Positions 18,905-28,230 of a DNA stretch of 64,000 nucleotides are shown here, one piece after another. Position 1 is the stretch's first letter. Every line of letters begins with the position of its first letter. The notes below the pieces were generated by a model. The model was not told the DNA's origin, searched no databases, and worked only from the letters and a program-made list of their open reading frames with translations. This DNA is from a virus. A program made the position numbers and the translations under genes. The DNA is taken from IMG/VR virus record IMGVR_UViG_3300042337_000526, positions 1 to 64,000 of that record. The stretch is one strand, 5' to 3'.

Positions 18905-19150
18905 ATGGATTTAGAAATTGAAAGCCTCTTGTTTAAGCAAGTTGAAAAGCCTAAAAATCATCTTATGACTAAGATTATTAATGTCTGGGAGAATCGCTAT
19001 CGTATTAATGTTTATACTGAAATTTTTGATGAAACCATTCAACTAACCAAGCGTAAGATTAGTGCTAGTTATTTTTGTCATTATAGTTCCGGTAAACTAG
19101 AAATAAAGGATAGTCCAAATGGATCAGGAATTACAGCAACAACTATTTGA
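18905..19150 (+). CDS. hypothetical protein
   Basis: ATG 18905 after GGAGA SD, in frame with track ORF. Confidence 0.7.
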   Translation: MDLEIESLLFKQVEKPKNHLMTKIINVWENRYRINVYTEIFDETIQLTKRKISASYFCHYSSGKLEIKDSPNGSGITATTI

Positions 19151-19532
19151 TAAATATCCAGACTTTTTCAGTAATAAAGATAAAAGTCCTATGGAAAGTT
19201 GTATGAGTATGGGTATAGAGTGCGGAAATGGATGGTATGATCTTATAAATTCAATTTGCCAGATAGTAGAGAGTCTTAATAAGAATATCAAAGATAGAAA
19301 TAGACTTATTGCTGGTAACAATGAAACAATTATTGATTTCAAATTTGATCAGATTAAAGAAAAGTTTGGCGGACTTAGGGCTTATTATTCTGGTGGAAAT
19401 GATTACATTCGTGGTTTGGTTACTATGGCTGAAACGATGAGTTATAAAATTTGTGAAGTTTGTGGGAATAAAGGAAAAGCAAATAAAAGTGGCTGGATTA
19501 TCACACTTTGCGATGGCTGTAGAAAATCTTAA
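19119..19532 (+). CDS. conserved phage protein with C-terminal Zn ribbon
   Basis: GWYDLI...QIKEKFGGLRAY...ICEVCG...TLCDGC, a widespread phage family pattern. Confidence 0.75.
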   Translation: MDQELQQQLFDKYPDFFSNKDKSPMESCMSMGIECGNGWYDLINSICQIVESLNKNIKDRNRLIAGNNETIIDFKFDQIKEKFGGLRAYYSGGNDYIRGLVTMAETMSYKICEVCGNKGKANKSGWIITLCDGCRKS

Positions 19533-19542
19533 AGAAACCGAC

Positions 19543-19570
19543 TTGACAACGCCGATAATCTTGTTATACT
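19543..19570 (+). promoter_or_regulatory. sigma70-type early promoter with CCGAT spacer motif
   Basis: TTGACA-ACGCCGATAATCTTGT-TATACT. Confidence 0.85.
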
Positions 19571-19610
19571 TGGAGCATAAGGCTTAACAAACGCACCGGA
19601 GATAAATAAA

Positions 19611-20018
19611 ATGGGTAAGGGACAAAAGGCTTGTGAGAATTGTGGTCAAACTACTGGCCCCCGTGCTTATGCGTGTAAGAAGTGTAATACTCCTTTCGTC
19701 TTTAAGGCAAAGAGTAAGGAACATAAAAATACAAGGGCTATCCAGAATGTTAATTGGCGTGAACTGGTAAAGGGAGATAGAATTAAGGTTGGTGGCGGGC
19801 CTTATTTTTTTAGCAAGGGGGAGTTTATCCCTATGGGCTATAGGGGTAAGTTTGTGGTTGAATCAGTAGATAAGAATGGTATTCTTGCTTGGGGCATTGA
19901 CAAGAACGCTGGATTTGCACATATTTATATGGCTGGAGATATTCAGAATAAGGAAACTGGTGTTTGGAAAACCAAGCACAAGTTGATCAAATTGAAGCAG
20001 AGAGAGCAGGCCGTATGA
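19611..20018 (+). CDS. Zn-ribbon protein with SH3-like C-terminus
   Basis: CENC...ACKKCNTPF; GDRIKV beta-barrel-like region. Confidence 0.65.
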   Translation: MGKGQKACENCGQTTGPRAYACKKCNTPFVFKAKSKEHKNTRAIQNVNWRELVKGDRIKVGGGPYFFSKGEFIPMGYRGKFVVESVDKNGILAWGIDKNAGFAHIYMAGDIQNKETGVWKTKHKLIKLKQREQAV

Positions 20019-20293
20019 GTTTAAGTCCTCAACAAAAAGAAGCACTAGAAAATCTATATTCTCATAGAGATCATATAGAAGATCATCTCAATAAAATTGA
20101 CACTATTTTAAAGATGTCTTTTCCAAAAGAATATGCTCTAGCCTATCAGCATTGGTTGCCACAAATAAAAACTGGCCTAAGAGATAATACTAAATGGCTT
20201 CCTAGAGGACAATACTCAATGGACTATACTCTAAATAGTTTAATTGACCATGTGATTAATGATTTGGATAAAGGTGTAAGTAAGTATATCTAA
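20015..20293 (+). CDS. hypothetical protein
   Basis: ATG 20015 overlapping previous stop; in frame with track ORF. Confidence 0.7.
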   Translation: MSLSPQQKEALENLYSHRDHIEDHLNKIDTILKMSFPKEYALAYQHWLPQIKTGLRDNTKWLPRGQYSMDYTLNSLIDHVINDLDKGVSKYI

Positions 20294-20304
20294 TAAATTA
20301 CTTT

Positions 20305-20724
20305 TTGGAGAGTATGAACATGAGCGACGTTTATGCGATTACTGATCTTGAAGGATACGCCACAGAAATGCGTGAGGCTGCGGCTAAAAGTCTATCACAG
20401 TCTTATGAAGAAAATCTTGATGATTTTATTAGCATCGGACAAATGATTAATCTTGTAAATAGCGAATGTGTTGGATTCGATAATAAAGATCGTCCGTTAC
20501 TCAATGAAGATGCAAATGAAACAATCTATGAGCGTACTGTAACATGGATTCATAATGTTGGATTGGCAAAACTCGCTGCTAAAGGATTGGTAGAATGTGC
20601 TTGGGATGAAAAAAGCAACGAGATGGTTTTTTGGGCTAATCCAGAAATCACAAAAACAACAAAGAAAAAGAGAAAATCAAATGACCAATCCATCAAACGA
20701 AGAAATAAGAAGAAAGATTCGTGA
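20305..20724 (+). CDS. hypothetical protein, paralog of 44686..45120 (winged-helix-like C-terminus)
   Basis: YAITDL N-terminus and LAKLAAKGLVECAWDEKSNEMVFW C-terminus shared with 44686 ORF. Confidence 0.7.
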   Translation: MESMNMSDVYAITDLEGYATEMREAAAKSLSQSYEENLDDFISIGQMINLVNSECVGFDNKDRPLLNEDANETIYERTVTWIHNVGLAKLAAKGLVECAWDEKSNEMVFWANPEITKTTKKKRKSNDQSIKRRNKKKDS

Positions 20725-20860
20725 TCTAGAAGATAAGATTCATGATTGTAAAGCATATATCTCATCTGATTTTTGTGTGAGTTGTAATGAGATGTATGAA
20801 AATATTAAAAAGTATGAAGCAGATATTAAATCTCTCAAGGAATTATACCACAACGACTAA
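20681..20860 (+). CDS. hypothetical protein
   Basis: ATG 20681 in frame with track ORF. Confidence 0.6.
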   Translation: MTNPSNEEIRRKIRDLEDKIHDCKAYISSDFCVSCNEMYENIKKYEADIKSLKELYHND

Positions 20861-20877
20861 AAAAATATTCTCAAGAG

Positions 20878-20905
20878 TTGACAAGCCGCTAGTCGATGAT
20901 ATAAT
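20878..20905 (+). promoter_or_regulatory. sigma70-type promoter for tRNA-Ile
   Basis: TTGACA-16nt-TATAAT. Confidence 0.8.
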
Positions 20906-20938
20906 GGTGGCAGGACGGTGATTGATCTTTAACAATAC

Positions 20939-21014
20939 GGGGCGGAAGGTAAGCCGGTTGCATCCGACACTCTTATAAGGTGTTCATAGGTTGGTTCGAC
21001 TCCAACTCGCCCTA
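20939..21014 (+). tRNA. tRNA-Ile(UAU)
   Basis: cloverleaf: acceptor GGGGCGG/TCGCCCT+A73, anticodon stem ACACT-CTTATAA-GGTGT (TAT at 20974-20976), T-arm GTTGG-TTCGACT-CCAAC; CCA not encoded. Confidence 0.9.
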
Positions 21015-21098
21015 TTTTTATTTTATAACTTGCTATAAAGAATAAATTATCTATTATTTGAATAGAGTAAAATTCATTATAACAAGCAAGGAAATTTT

Positions 21099-21356
21099 AT
21101 GACTCATCGTTCATTATGCTGTATGCCAATAGTAACTCTTTTATTTGGTCTATTAGTTTTATCGGTTGGTTTCAATTTTATATTCGTTGAAAAAATCAAT
21201 CAACTACATCATATCGTTAATAGTACAACTTCGCCAGTAGATGATGACGAACTGAAGAAATTGATGGAAGAAGTTAAAAGGCTATCAAAGCAAACATATA
21301 CTTCAGGCACTAAATACGATATTAAAACTAGAGAACCGATACAAAATGATTTCTGA
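21099..21356 (+). CDS. membrane-anchored hypothetical protein
   Basis: N-terminal TM-like segment. Confidence 0.7.
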   Translation: MTHRSLCCMPIVTLLFGLLVLSVGFNFIFVEKINQLHHIVNSTTSPVDDDELKKLMEEVKRLSKQTYTSGTKYDIKTREPIQNDF

Positions 21357-21558
21357 AATTATATACGATAGAGAATGGACATTAAAATATTCTCTATTTA
21401 ATAGAAAATGTTATTTTAGTGGACAATCTTTAAGGTTTCAACCATGTTATGTTGGAAGAAAAAAGATTCGTTCATTATTGTCAAAAAGGTATCAGAATGA
21501 TGATATTTGGATAAGTAAAGAACACTATCTGGATATGATTAAGAATGGAATGGTGTAA
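21346..21558 (+). CDS. hypothetical protein
   Basis: ORF track. Confidence 0.6.
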   Translation: MISEIIYDREWTLKYSLFNRKCYFSGQSLRFQPCYVGRKKIRSLLSKRYQNDDIWISKEHYLDMIKNGMV

Positions 21559-21618
21559 CTTATGATAACCTTCCTTCATATTAGTTAAGTAACTAACCCG
21601 CCTAAAAGAAAGATTATC

Positions 21619-21795
21619 ATGAAATACAGACTTCTGTTTATATGTCTATTATCAGTTTTATTTGCTTCTTTAACAATGAATGTTATTCATTCAGAATCTT
21701 TGGAGGCTGTTAAAGAAGTTAATAAGATCAATGATATGATACATACAAAAATGGTCAGTAATCTACACGATAGATTGATTGAACTGGAAAACTAA
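21619..21795 (+). CDS. small secreted or membrane protein (58 aa)
   Basis: hand-translated MKYRLLFICLLSVLFASLT...; stop abuts tmRNA 5' end. Confidence 0.6.
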   Translation: MKYRLLFICLLSVLFASLTMNVIHSESLEAVKEVNKINDMIHTKMVSNLHDRLIELEN

Positions 21796-22147
21796 GGGGG
21801 CGAAAGGTATCGACAGGTAAATAGAGATATGGATGGCATCGACTGGTTGAATAACAGGCCAGTATAAAAGTTATTCAAAAAATGTTAATTGGCGAAGTAA
21901 ATCTCGCTCTCGCTGCCTAATTAATTAGGTACGAGTGGGGCTATATGGGCCTTATTACCCAATCATATTGACTCAGATAATTCTGATAAGGAAGTCTAAC
22001 CCGAAAACATAGGCAATGATCGTAATCGATCTGATGAAGATAATTCTTCTAGGTTTGTCTAATGTCCAAATTACAATAGACTAACGATGTAGATGTTTAT
22101 ATTGAAATTACTCTGGACGCGATTTTCAAAGATCGCCGCCTCCACCA
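21796..22147 (+). ncRNA. ssrA: tmRNA, tag (A)GEVNLALAA
   Basis: 5' GGGGGCG...ATCGAC pairs with 3' CGCCTCC-A-CCA (G3.U70); PK1 ACTGG/CCAGT + TGAATAAC/GTTATTCA; tag ORF 21891-21920 ending LALAA-TAA. Confidence 0.93.
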
Positions 22148-22158
22148 TATTTTTATCG

Positions 22159-22195
22159 CCTCCATTGCTATTTTTGGTGTATATAGTAATGGAGG
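22159..22195 (+). promoter_or_regulatory. RBS-occluding hairpin with TTTTGGTGTA motif in the loop
   Basis: CCTCCATTGCTAT pairs with ATAGTAATGGAGG (13 bp, one G.U), masking the GGAGG SD of the 22203 ORF. Confidence 0.75.
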
Positions 22196-22202
22196 TAATG
22201 CT

Positions 22203-22772
22203 ATGAAAACAATAAGTTTAATGTGCCATACTTGTGGAAAAACTATTTCCAAACCCAAAAATGAAATAAATAGACAGTTAAAAAATGGGAGAACAGAATT
22301 TTATTGTAATTTAAGTTGTTCTGGAAAAAATAAAAATAATATTGAACATTTAAAAAACTTCAAAGACAATTTCAAAAATATAAGATATATAAAACAGACA
22401 GATGAATATTCTAATTTTAGATGGTACATGAAAGTTATAAGAAAAAGTTCTAAAAGAAAAAATCAAAAACATAATGTCAATTGTCAATATCTTAAAGATT
22501 TATGGGAAAAGCAAAATGGTATATGTCCATTTACACATAAAAAATTAGATTTAAGGACACATTCAAAAGATAGTCTTAAAAATCCATATTCTGCATCTAT
22601 AGATAGAATTGATAATACTAAAGGATATATAGAGGGAAATATTAGATTTGTCGCTTTAATATACAATTACGCAAGAAATACTTTCTCAGATGATGAGGTA
22701 ATGGATTTTTGTAAAAACGTGTGGAACAGACTTGACAATGGCTTCAATGCCAACGCCTCCACTTTATTATGA
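22203..22772 (+). CDS. His-Me finger (HNH-like) homing-type endonuclease
   Basis: N-terminal CHTC...FYC..SC Zn motif; CPFT...SIDRIDNTKGYIEGNIRFV..IYN. Confidence 0.75.
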   Translation: MKTISLMCHTCGKTISKPKNEINRQLKNGRTEFYCNLSCSGKNKNNIEHLKNFKDNFKNIRYIKQTDEYSNFRWYMKVIRKSSKRKNQKHNVNCQYLKDLWEKQNGICPFTHKKLDLRTHSKDSLKNPYSASIDRIDNTKGYIEGNIRFVALIYNYARNTFSDDEVMDFCKNVWNRLDNGFNANASTLL

Positions 22773-23134
22773 TTAGAAAAATTTGTTCATACTGTGGCAA
22801 AAGGAAAAACTGTAAAAGTTTCCCCAAGCATAGTATGTATAAAGATAATCTGGATAGTAGATGTAGAAGTTGTGTTAAGAAACAAACTAAAGTTCGTGGA
22901 AAACTTCACAAAAAAGCCCCTCCTCGCCCAGAGGTATGTGAGTGCTGTAAAAAAGCCCCATTAAAATGGTGCTTGGATCACGATCATTCTGATGATTCTT
23001 TTAGAGGATGGCTCTGTGATAGGTGTAATACTGGCATAGGTAAACTTGATGACAATTTAAACGGTGTAATTAAGGCTGTAAACTATTTAATTATGGCAAA
23101 AAATAGGAAACAGCAAAATGATAACAATCCATAG
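22769..23134 (+). CDS. endonuclease VII-like protein
   Basis: CECC...LDHDH...FRGWLCDRCNTGIG EndoVII motif; N-terminal CxxC pairs. Confidence 0.8.
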   Translation: MIRKICSYCGKRKNCKSFPKHSMYKDNLDSRCRSCVKKQTKVRGKLHKKAPPRPEVCECCKKAPLKWCLDHDHSDDSFRGWLCDRCNTGIGKLDDNLNGVIKAVNYLIMAKNRKQQNDNNP

Positions 23135-23936
23135 TTTTTTCCCTAATGATATTTCTAGCATCAGGGCTAATACTTTATCAGCAAGTAAACAAGCAGAATT
23201 GTCAAATAAATTCTTAAAAAAGCATCAATATACTACAATATTATATACTGACGCAGAAAGCATATCTTATTTTAAACATATACCATATGATGATATAAGA
23301 ATATTAGATTTAAAAGATTATCAATTACCAAATACTTTTGACTTTTGGTCTGTTACTAAACTTGTTTCTTGTTTGTCTGTTAATGAGCCATTTTATCATG
23401 TAGATTTAGATTTATTTTTAGTAGAAGATATTATACAACAATATAAAAATGAACCCTTTATAGCTTTGCATTATGAACCATGGATCAAAGATTGTTTTTT
23501 TAGTAAGTTGCCTAAAGATAAAATAGACGAATGGTTTAATATAGATAATGACATTGCTCAATGTTATAATTTTGGTATTTTTGGCGGAATGGATCATACT
23601 ACCATTAAAAACAGCATAGAACATCTAATAACGGGTGTTAATACTCATAATAATGAGATAACTGAATTTTTATCAACACTAGAAACAGACGGATATAATT
23701 GGAAGACATCAGTGTTTTTAGAGCAATATATATTGCCATCAATTATTGCGAAAAAATTGAACGTACAGAATTTACCAGTTTTAGTACCAGAATCCATAAC
23801 AGCAAAAGGTGAAATCGGAATCAGACACAGACTTAAAAAACATAAAATATTACATTTGTGGGGATTAAAGAATACGTTTGAAGAATTTATGGGACTAAAT
23901 TTATTTTTAGATATGATAAACAAATATTATTTATAA
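23118..23936 (+). CDS. nucleotide-diphospho-sugar transferase-like protein (DUF6734-like)
   Basis: FWSVTKL...PFYHVDLDLFL (DxD), NFGIFGG, LEQ motifs; in glycan cluster. Confidence 0.5.
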   Translation: MITIHSFFPNDISSIRANTLSASKQAELSNKFLKKHQYTTILYTDAESISYFKHIPYDDIRILDLKDYQLPNTFDFWSVTKLVSCLSVNEPFYHVDLDLFLVEDIIQQYKNEPFIALHYEPWIKDCFFSKLPKDKIDEWFNIDNDIAQCYNFGIFGGMDHTTIKNSIEHLITGVNTHNNEITEFLSTLETDGYNWKTSVFLEQYILPSIIAKKLNVQNLPVLVPESITAKGEIGIRHRLKKHKILHLWGLKNTFEEFMGLNLFLDMINKYYL

Positions 23937-23939
23937 CAT

Positions 23940-24626
23940 ATGAATATTCCAATATTTTGTATTAATCTTGAACGAGCAACAGAAAGAAAATCTTTAATAC
24001 AGAAAGAATGGATAGATAAACTAAATTTAGATATTGTTTTTTGGAAAGGTTATGATAGAAAAAATATAACAAATAATAAATTTATATATCCATATGATAA
24101 AAAATTAGCAATAAGTTTTATGGGCAGACAACTGAGCGAAGGAGAGATAGCATGTGCTACAAGTTTTTGCCTTCTCTATGAGCACTTATTAGAGAATAAT
24201 TATGAAGAAGTAATTATTATGGAGGATGATATAACTCCATTAATAAAAAACAAAGACGAATTATTTAATACAATATCTGAGGGAAAAAAAGAATTTCCTA
24301 CAGCAGATATGATGCTTTTACACGAATATCCACACGCAAATAAGAAAAAAGTCTATAGTATAAAAAAAGAGATATTTTCAATGTGTGATGAAAGTCCATG
24401 GGGGAATCAATTATTTTATACAAAAAAATTAGCAATATTAGAACTTTATTTATTATTAAGAACCATGTCTATGCCAGCAGACCATCCTCAGAGACAACTT
24501 TCTAGTCAACAAAGAGTGATTATAGTAAACAAAGCATTATGTCATCACGAATGGACTGGGCCAAAATCTACAACATATATTGGTAACGAATACAGAAATT
24601 CAAATAGAAAATTTATTGATAATTAA
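23940..24626 (+). CDS. glycosyltransferase family 25
   Basis: CINLERATERK, LSEGEIAC..S, IMEDD motifs. Confidence 0.85.
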   Translation: MNIPIFCINLERATERKSLIQKEWIDKLNLDIVFWKGYDRKNITNNKFIYPYDKKLAISFMGRQLSEGEIACATSFCLLYEHLLENNYEEVIIMEDDITPLIKNKDELFNTISEGKKEFPTADMMLLHEYPHANKKKVYSIKKEIFSMCDESPWGNQLFYTKKLAILELYLLLRTMSMPADHPQRQLSSQQRVIIVNKALCHHEWTGPKSTTYIGNEYRNSNRKFIDN

Positions 24627-24628
24627 AT

Positions 24629-25474
24629 ATGAATAAAAATATTCTTATCACAGGAGGTGCTGGATTTGTGGGGTCAAATCTTGGAAAAAGATTATATTCT
24701 TTAGGATGTTCTGTAGTGTCTATAGATAATTATTCTACCGGATCAGAAAATAATCACACAGAAGGCATAGAATATATTAAGAATGACATTATATCAACCA
24801 TAGATTACCATAGATATGGTAAGTTTGATGCTATAGTTCATTGTGCAGCAAAGGCCAGGATAAAACAATCTTTTATTGACGATAAAGAATATTTCCATAC
24901 TAACATTCTTGGGACATATAATATTACAAAGTATGCTGCTCAAAATAGTATTCCAATAGTTTATATTGGAACAAGTTCTCATCATAGCGGCAAATTTAGT
25001 AATCCATATACTTTTACGAAAGATGTTGGAGAAGACATAATAAGACTATATCAACAAAATTTTAGTTTATTAGCATCTATTGCTAGATTATATAATGTGT
25101 ATGGACCGAATGAATTGATGGATGATAATGGAACATTAATTGGTAAATGGAAATATAATTATAAAAATAATTTACCTTTTATCATTTATGGTGATGGATC
25201 TAAACGCCGTGACTTTACTCATGTTGATGATGTATGTGATGCAATAATTAAAATTATAATAAATCTCAAATACGGATTTGAATTTGAATTAGGCAGAGGT
25301 GAGAATTATAGCGTATCTGAAGTAGCAGATATGTTTCAATACAATAATATAATATACAAACCAGATTTGGTTGGAGAAGCACCAACTACTCTGGCAGAAA
25401 ATAATGAAACAAAAACCATTTTAAATTGGAATCCAAAAAATAATTTATCAGTATATATAAAAAGCATTAAATAA
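24629..25474 (+). CDS. NAD-dependent epimerase/dehydratase
   Basis: ITGGAGFVGS, YTFTK (YxxxK), RLYNVYGP, RDFTHVDD. Confidence 0.92.
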   Translation: MNKNILITGGAGFVGSNLGKRLYSLGCSVVSIDNYSTGSENNHTEGIEYIKNDIISTIDYHRYGKFDAIVHCAAKARIKQSFIDDKEYFHTNILGTYNITKYAAQNSIPIVYIGTSSHHSGKFSNPYTFTKDVGEDIIRLYQQNFSLLASIARLYNVYGPNELMDDNGTLIGKWKYNYKNNLPFIIYGDGSKRRDFTHVDDVCDAIIKIIINLKYGFEFELGRGENYSVSEVADMFQYNNIIYKPDLVGEAPTTLAENNETKTILNWNPKNNLSVYIKSIK

Positions 25475-25477
25475 TTT

Positions 25478-26155
25478 ATGAAACAATTTTGTAATCTAAT
25501 CTATAATACAAATCCAACTATTTTTCATGCTCATGGAATACCACAAAAATCCCCTTTGTGGCAAAGAATTAAAGATTTATGTAACAACGATGTTTTTATA
25601 CCTCATAATCTACAAATAGTCACATTTAATAATGGATCATCACACTGCAATAAAGATGTCGGGAGTTTAGAGAACTCAATTCAAAATAGATGCACAGTTA
25701 TGGGAGCCGATATAAAAAAATGGAATAATATTCACAAAATATCACTAATAATAGATTACTTAAAGTCGAATCAGACCGATTATGTTCTCAGTATGGATTC
25801 CTCAGATGTTGTTGTTTTTTGTTTGGACGAAATTATAGAAAAGTTTTTATTGAAAAATTGTGATATTCTGTTTAATGCCGAAATAAATTGTTGGCCTAAA
25901 GATTATAGCGATGAAAAAAAATGGTTTCGTGAACCCTTTTGTTATTTAAATGCTGGAGCGTGTATCGGCAAAAAAGAATCAATGCTTAAATTTTATAGCC
26001 AGTGCCTATCTTTTGTAAAGGTCGAAGATTACTCTGAACAAAAAATTGTTAAACAAAATTTTTATAAATGGTACCCTAAAATTTTAATTGACGATAATTG
26101 TAGTATTTTTCAAACACTTAACGGAACAACCGAAGACATATTACATATCCCATGA
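25478..26155 (+). CDS. PLOD-type (procollagen lysyl hydroxylase GT domain-like) glycosyltransferase
   Basis: DSSDV, ILFNAEINCWP, YLNAG..IG, EQ, ID..CSIFQTL. Confidence 0.7.
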   Translation: MKQFCNLIYNTNPTIFHAHGIPQKSPLWQRIKDLCNNDVFIPHNLQIVTFNNGSSHCNKDVGSLENSIQNRCTVMGADIKKWNNIHKISLIIDYLKSNQTDYVLSMDSSDVVVFCLDEIIEKFLLKNCDILFNAEINCWPKDYSDEKKWFREPFCYLNAGACIGKKESMLKFYSQCLSFVKVEDYSEQKIVKQNFYKWYPKILIDDNCSIFQTLNGTTEDILHIP

Positions 26156-26880
26156 TAAATACAGTTTTAGCATCATATTTCTGTTCAACGCCTGATCCTT
26201 TATCCCTTAATGATTATAGAAAACATGTTGTTAGAGATGATCAAAGGATAGATTTTTGGAAAAATGATTATACTCTAATACTTCCACTAATTGATAGTGT
26301 TCTAAAAAATGGATCTAATATTGTTGTATTCCATGATTGTTTTGATAATATTCCGAATATAGATGGTTGTTTATGGGTAAGAATTGAAAACAATGAAAAA
26401 TATACTCCAACAACATATAGATGGTTTGTTTATTATGAGTATTTAAAAAAACATAAATTTTCAAATTTATTTATGGTTGATAGTACCGACGTGCTTATGT
26501 TAAAAAATTATGATATAAAAAATAATACTTTATATTGTGGTAGTGAATATAAAGACAAACTTTTATCTACTTATATGAAAAAAAAATTTAAATATATAAC
26601 CATATCAGATTTTGATGAAGTATTAAATCAATATAGAGATCATACTTTACTAAATGCAGGTGTAGTTGGTGGAGACTATAACATATGTATTAGATTATTA
26701 GAAAAATTAACACAATATCATTCTCAAGTTTCAAAAAATATAAAGATATCTTTAGATATGCCAATTTTTAATTATGTATTATTTAAATATTTTAAAGAGA
26801 ACATTGATTATGGCATTCATATAAATACTAGATTTTGGTGTAATGAATACAATAATATTTCTATTTGGAAACACAAGTGA
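26152..26880 (+). CDS. putative glycosyltransferase (GT-A like)
   Basis: FMVDSTDV (DxxD), LLNAGVVGG, DMPIFN. Confidence 0.55.
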   Translation: MINTVLASYFCSTPDPLSLNDYRKHVVRDDQRIDFWKNDYTLILPLIDSVLKNGSNIVVFHDCFDNIPNIDGCLWVRIENNEKYTPTTYRWFVYYEYLKKHKFSNLFMVDSTDVLMLKNYDIKNNTLYCGSEYKDKLLSTYMKKKFKYITISDFDEVLNQYRDHTLLNAGVVGGDYNICIRLLEKLTQYHSQVSKNIKISLDMPIFNYVLFKYFKENIDYGIHINTRFWCNEYNNISIWKHK

Positions 26881-26916
26881 TCTTATTAAAGAAAAAACTA
26901 ATAGAAAGTTTATTGA

Positions 26917-27630
26917 ATGAAAATAAATATAGTAGTAACCTGTATAGATCATACAGATAATTATAAATACATAAATATGTTAAAATATTGGATATATAAA
27001 TATAATAAATCTAATACAGATGCAAACTTAATAGTTCTATCTGACACAAAAACTGACTTATCATTTTTAGACAAAAAAATTGATTGTATTAGATACGATC
27101 TAGATTATGATAAAGAGTATCAAGAAATTAAAAAAAAATATATATCATGTAACAATAAATGGTATGACCACAATATGGTAATATCAGATATTTTACGGTT
27201 TGGAAAAATGCCAGCAATGTTTCAAAATTTATTAATTATTGATTTAGACGCTATTGTGGAAAAAACAATAAATATTCCTGATGATATCGTATCAAAACCA
27301 ATGGCAGGATGTGATCATGGGGAGTACAGCAAAAAATTAAATGCTGGATTTACATATATTAATACTAATTTAGGGCCCGAACTTTTAAATAAAGTAATTA
27401 ATACCAATTTAAATTATCCTTGGCTTTGTGAGGATCTTATATCTGAGATATGGATCGATAAATATTATCATAAACTACCCCCAGAATATAATTGGTTAGT
27501 AGGCTTATATGGATTTAACCCTAAAGCATATGTTAATCATTATTGGAACCATAGATATCCTAAATTTTTTGCAAAAAAAATGCTAGAATATAAAGTTAAT
27601 AATTTCATAAAAGGAAGTCAAATTATATGA
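26917..27630 (+). CDS. putative glycosyltransferase (GT8/GT34-like)
   Basis: IIDLDA (DxD), LNAGF, PEYNW, HY motifs. Confidence 0.6.
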   Translation: MKINIVVTCIDHTDNYKYINMLKYWIYKYNKSNTDANLIVLSDTKTDLSFLDKKIDCIRYDLDYDKEYQEIKKKYISCNNKWYDHNMVISDILRFGKMPAMFQNLLIIDLDAIVEKTINIPDDIVSKPMAGCDHGEYSKKLNAGFTYINTNLGPELLNKVINTNLNYPWLCEDLISEIWIDKYYHKLPPEYNWLVGLYGFNPKAYVNHYWNHRYPKFFAKKMLEYKVNNFIKGSQII

Positions 27631-28160
27631 GCCGTCTTGAAGAACTTTTAAAATGTAAAAGAATGGATTACGGCTATCCTGTAGACGGTAATTTATTGCA
27701 TGGATTATATGATTTGGTTTGTGATAATATAACAAAAGACAGCACTATAGTAGAGATAGGTAGTTATTCTGGAATTTCGTCAGAATTATTTGCATTATTC
27801 TGTAACAAATTATACTGTGTTGATATTTGGGAGGGTTTCTCCGCACCGGCAGAAAAAACATTTGATGAGCTAATTATTAAATACAACAATATTGTAAAAA
27901 TAAAATTAAATAGTAGCAATGCTGCAAAAATTTTTCAGAATCATTTTATAGACCTAGTATATATTGATGCGGAACATAGTTATCATGCTACTAAAAATTA
28001 TATTCTTTCATGGATGCCAAAGATTAAACCAAATGGAATAATTTCTGGCCATGATTATTATTGGCCAGGAGTAAACCAAGTAGTTAATGAAATATTTTCT
28101 AACAAACAGATTAAAATTTATAAAGATGACTCTTGGCTTGTAAAACTTAATAGCGATTGA
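27627..28160 (+). CDS. class I SAM methyltransferase (Methyltransf_24-like)
   Basis: VEIGSYSG.S, YIDAEHSY, SGHDY. Confidence 0.85.
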   Translation: MSRLEELLKCKRMDYGYPVDGNLLHGLYDLVCDNITKDSTIVEIGSYSGISSELFALFCNKLYCVDIWEGFSAPAEKTFDELIIKYNNIVKIKLNSSNAAKIFQNHFIDLVYIDAEHSYHATKNYILSWMPKIKPNGIISGHDYYWPGVNQVVNEIFSNKQIKIYKDDSWLVKLNSD

Positions 28161-28173
28161 GTCAAGTTTCTGC

Positions 28174-28202
28174 TTGACAACGACGATATTGTATGGTATC
28201 GT
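28174..28202 (+). promoter_or_regulatory. sigma70-type promoter for ligase
   Basis: TTGACA-ACGACGATATTGTATGG-TATCGT. Confidence 0.65.
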
Positions 28203-28230
28203 AGAAGGACACAACAAGGAGAAATTGGGA

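Noticed and set aside
22100-22772. Group I intron in the tmRNA T-loop carrying the endonuclease
   Set aside because: The first 3' end is complete with CCA before the ORF, and I could not find group I core helices; insertion with a displaced fragment fits better
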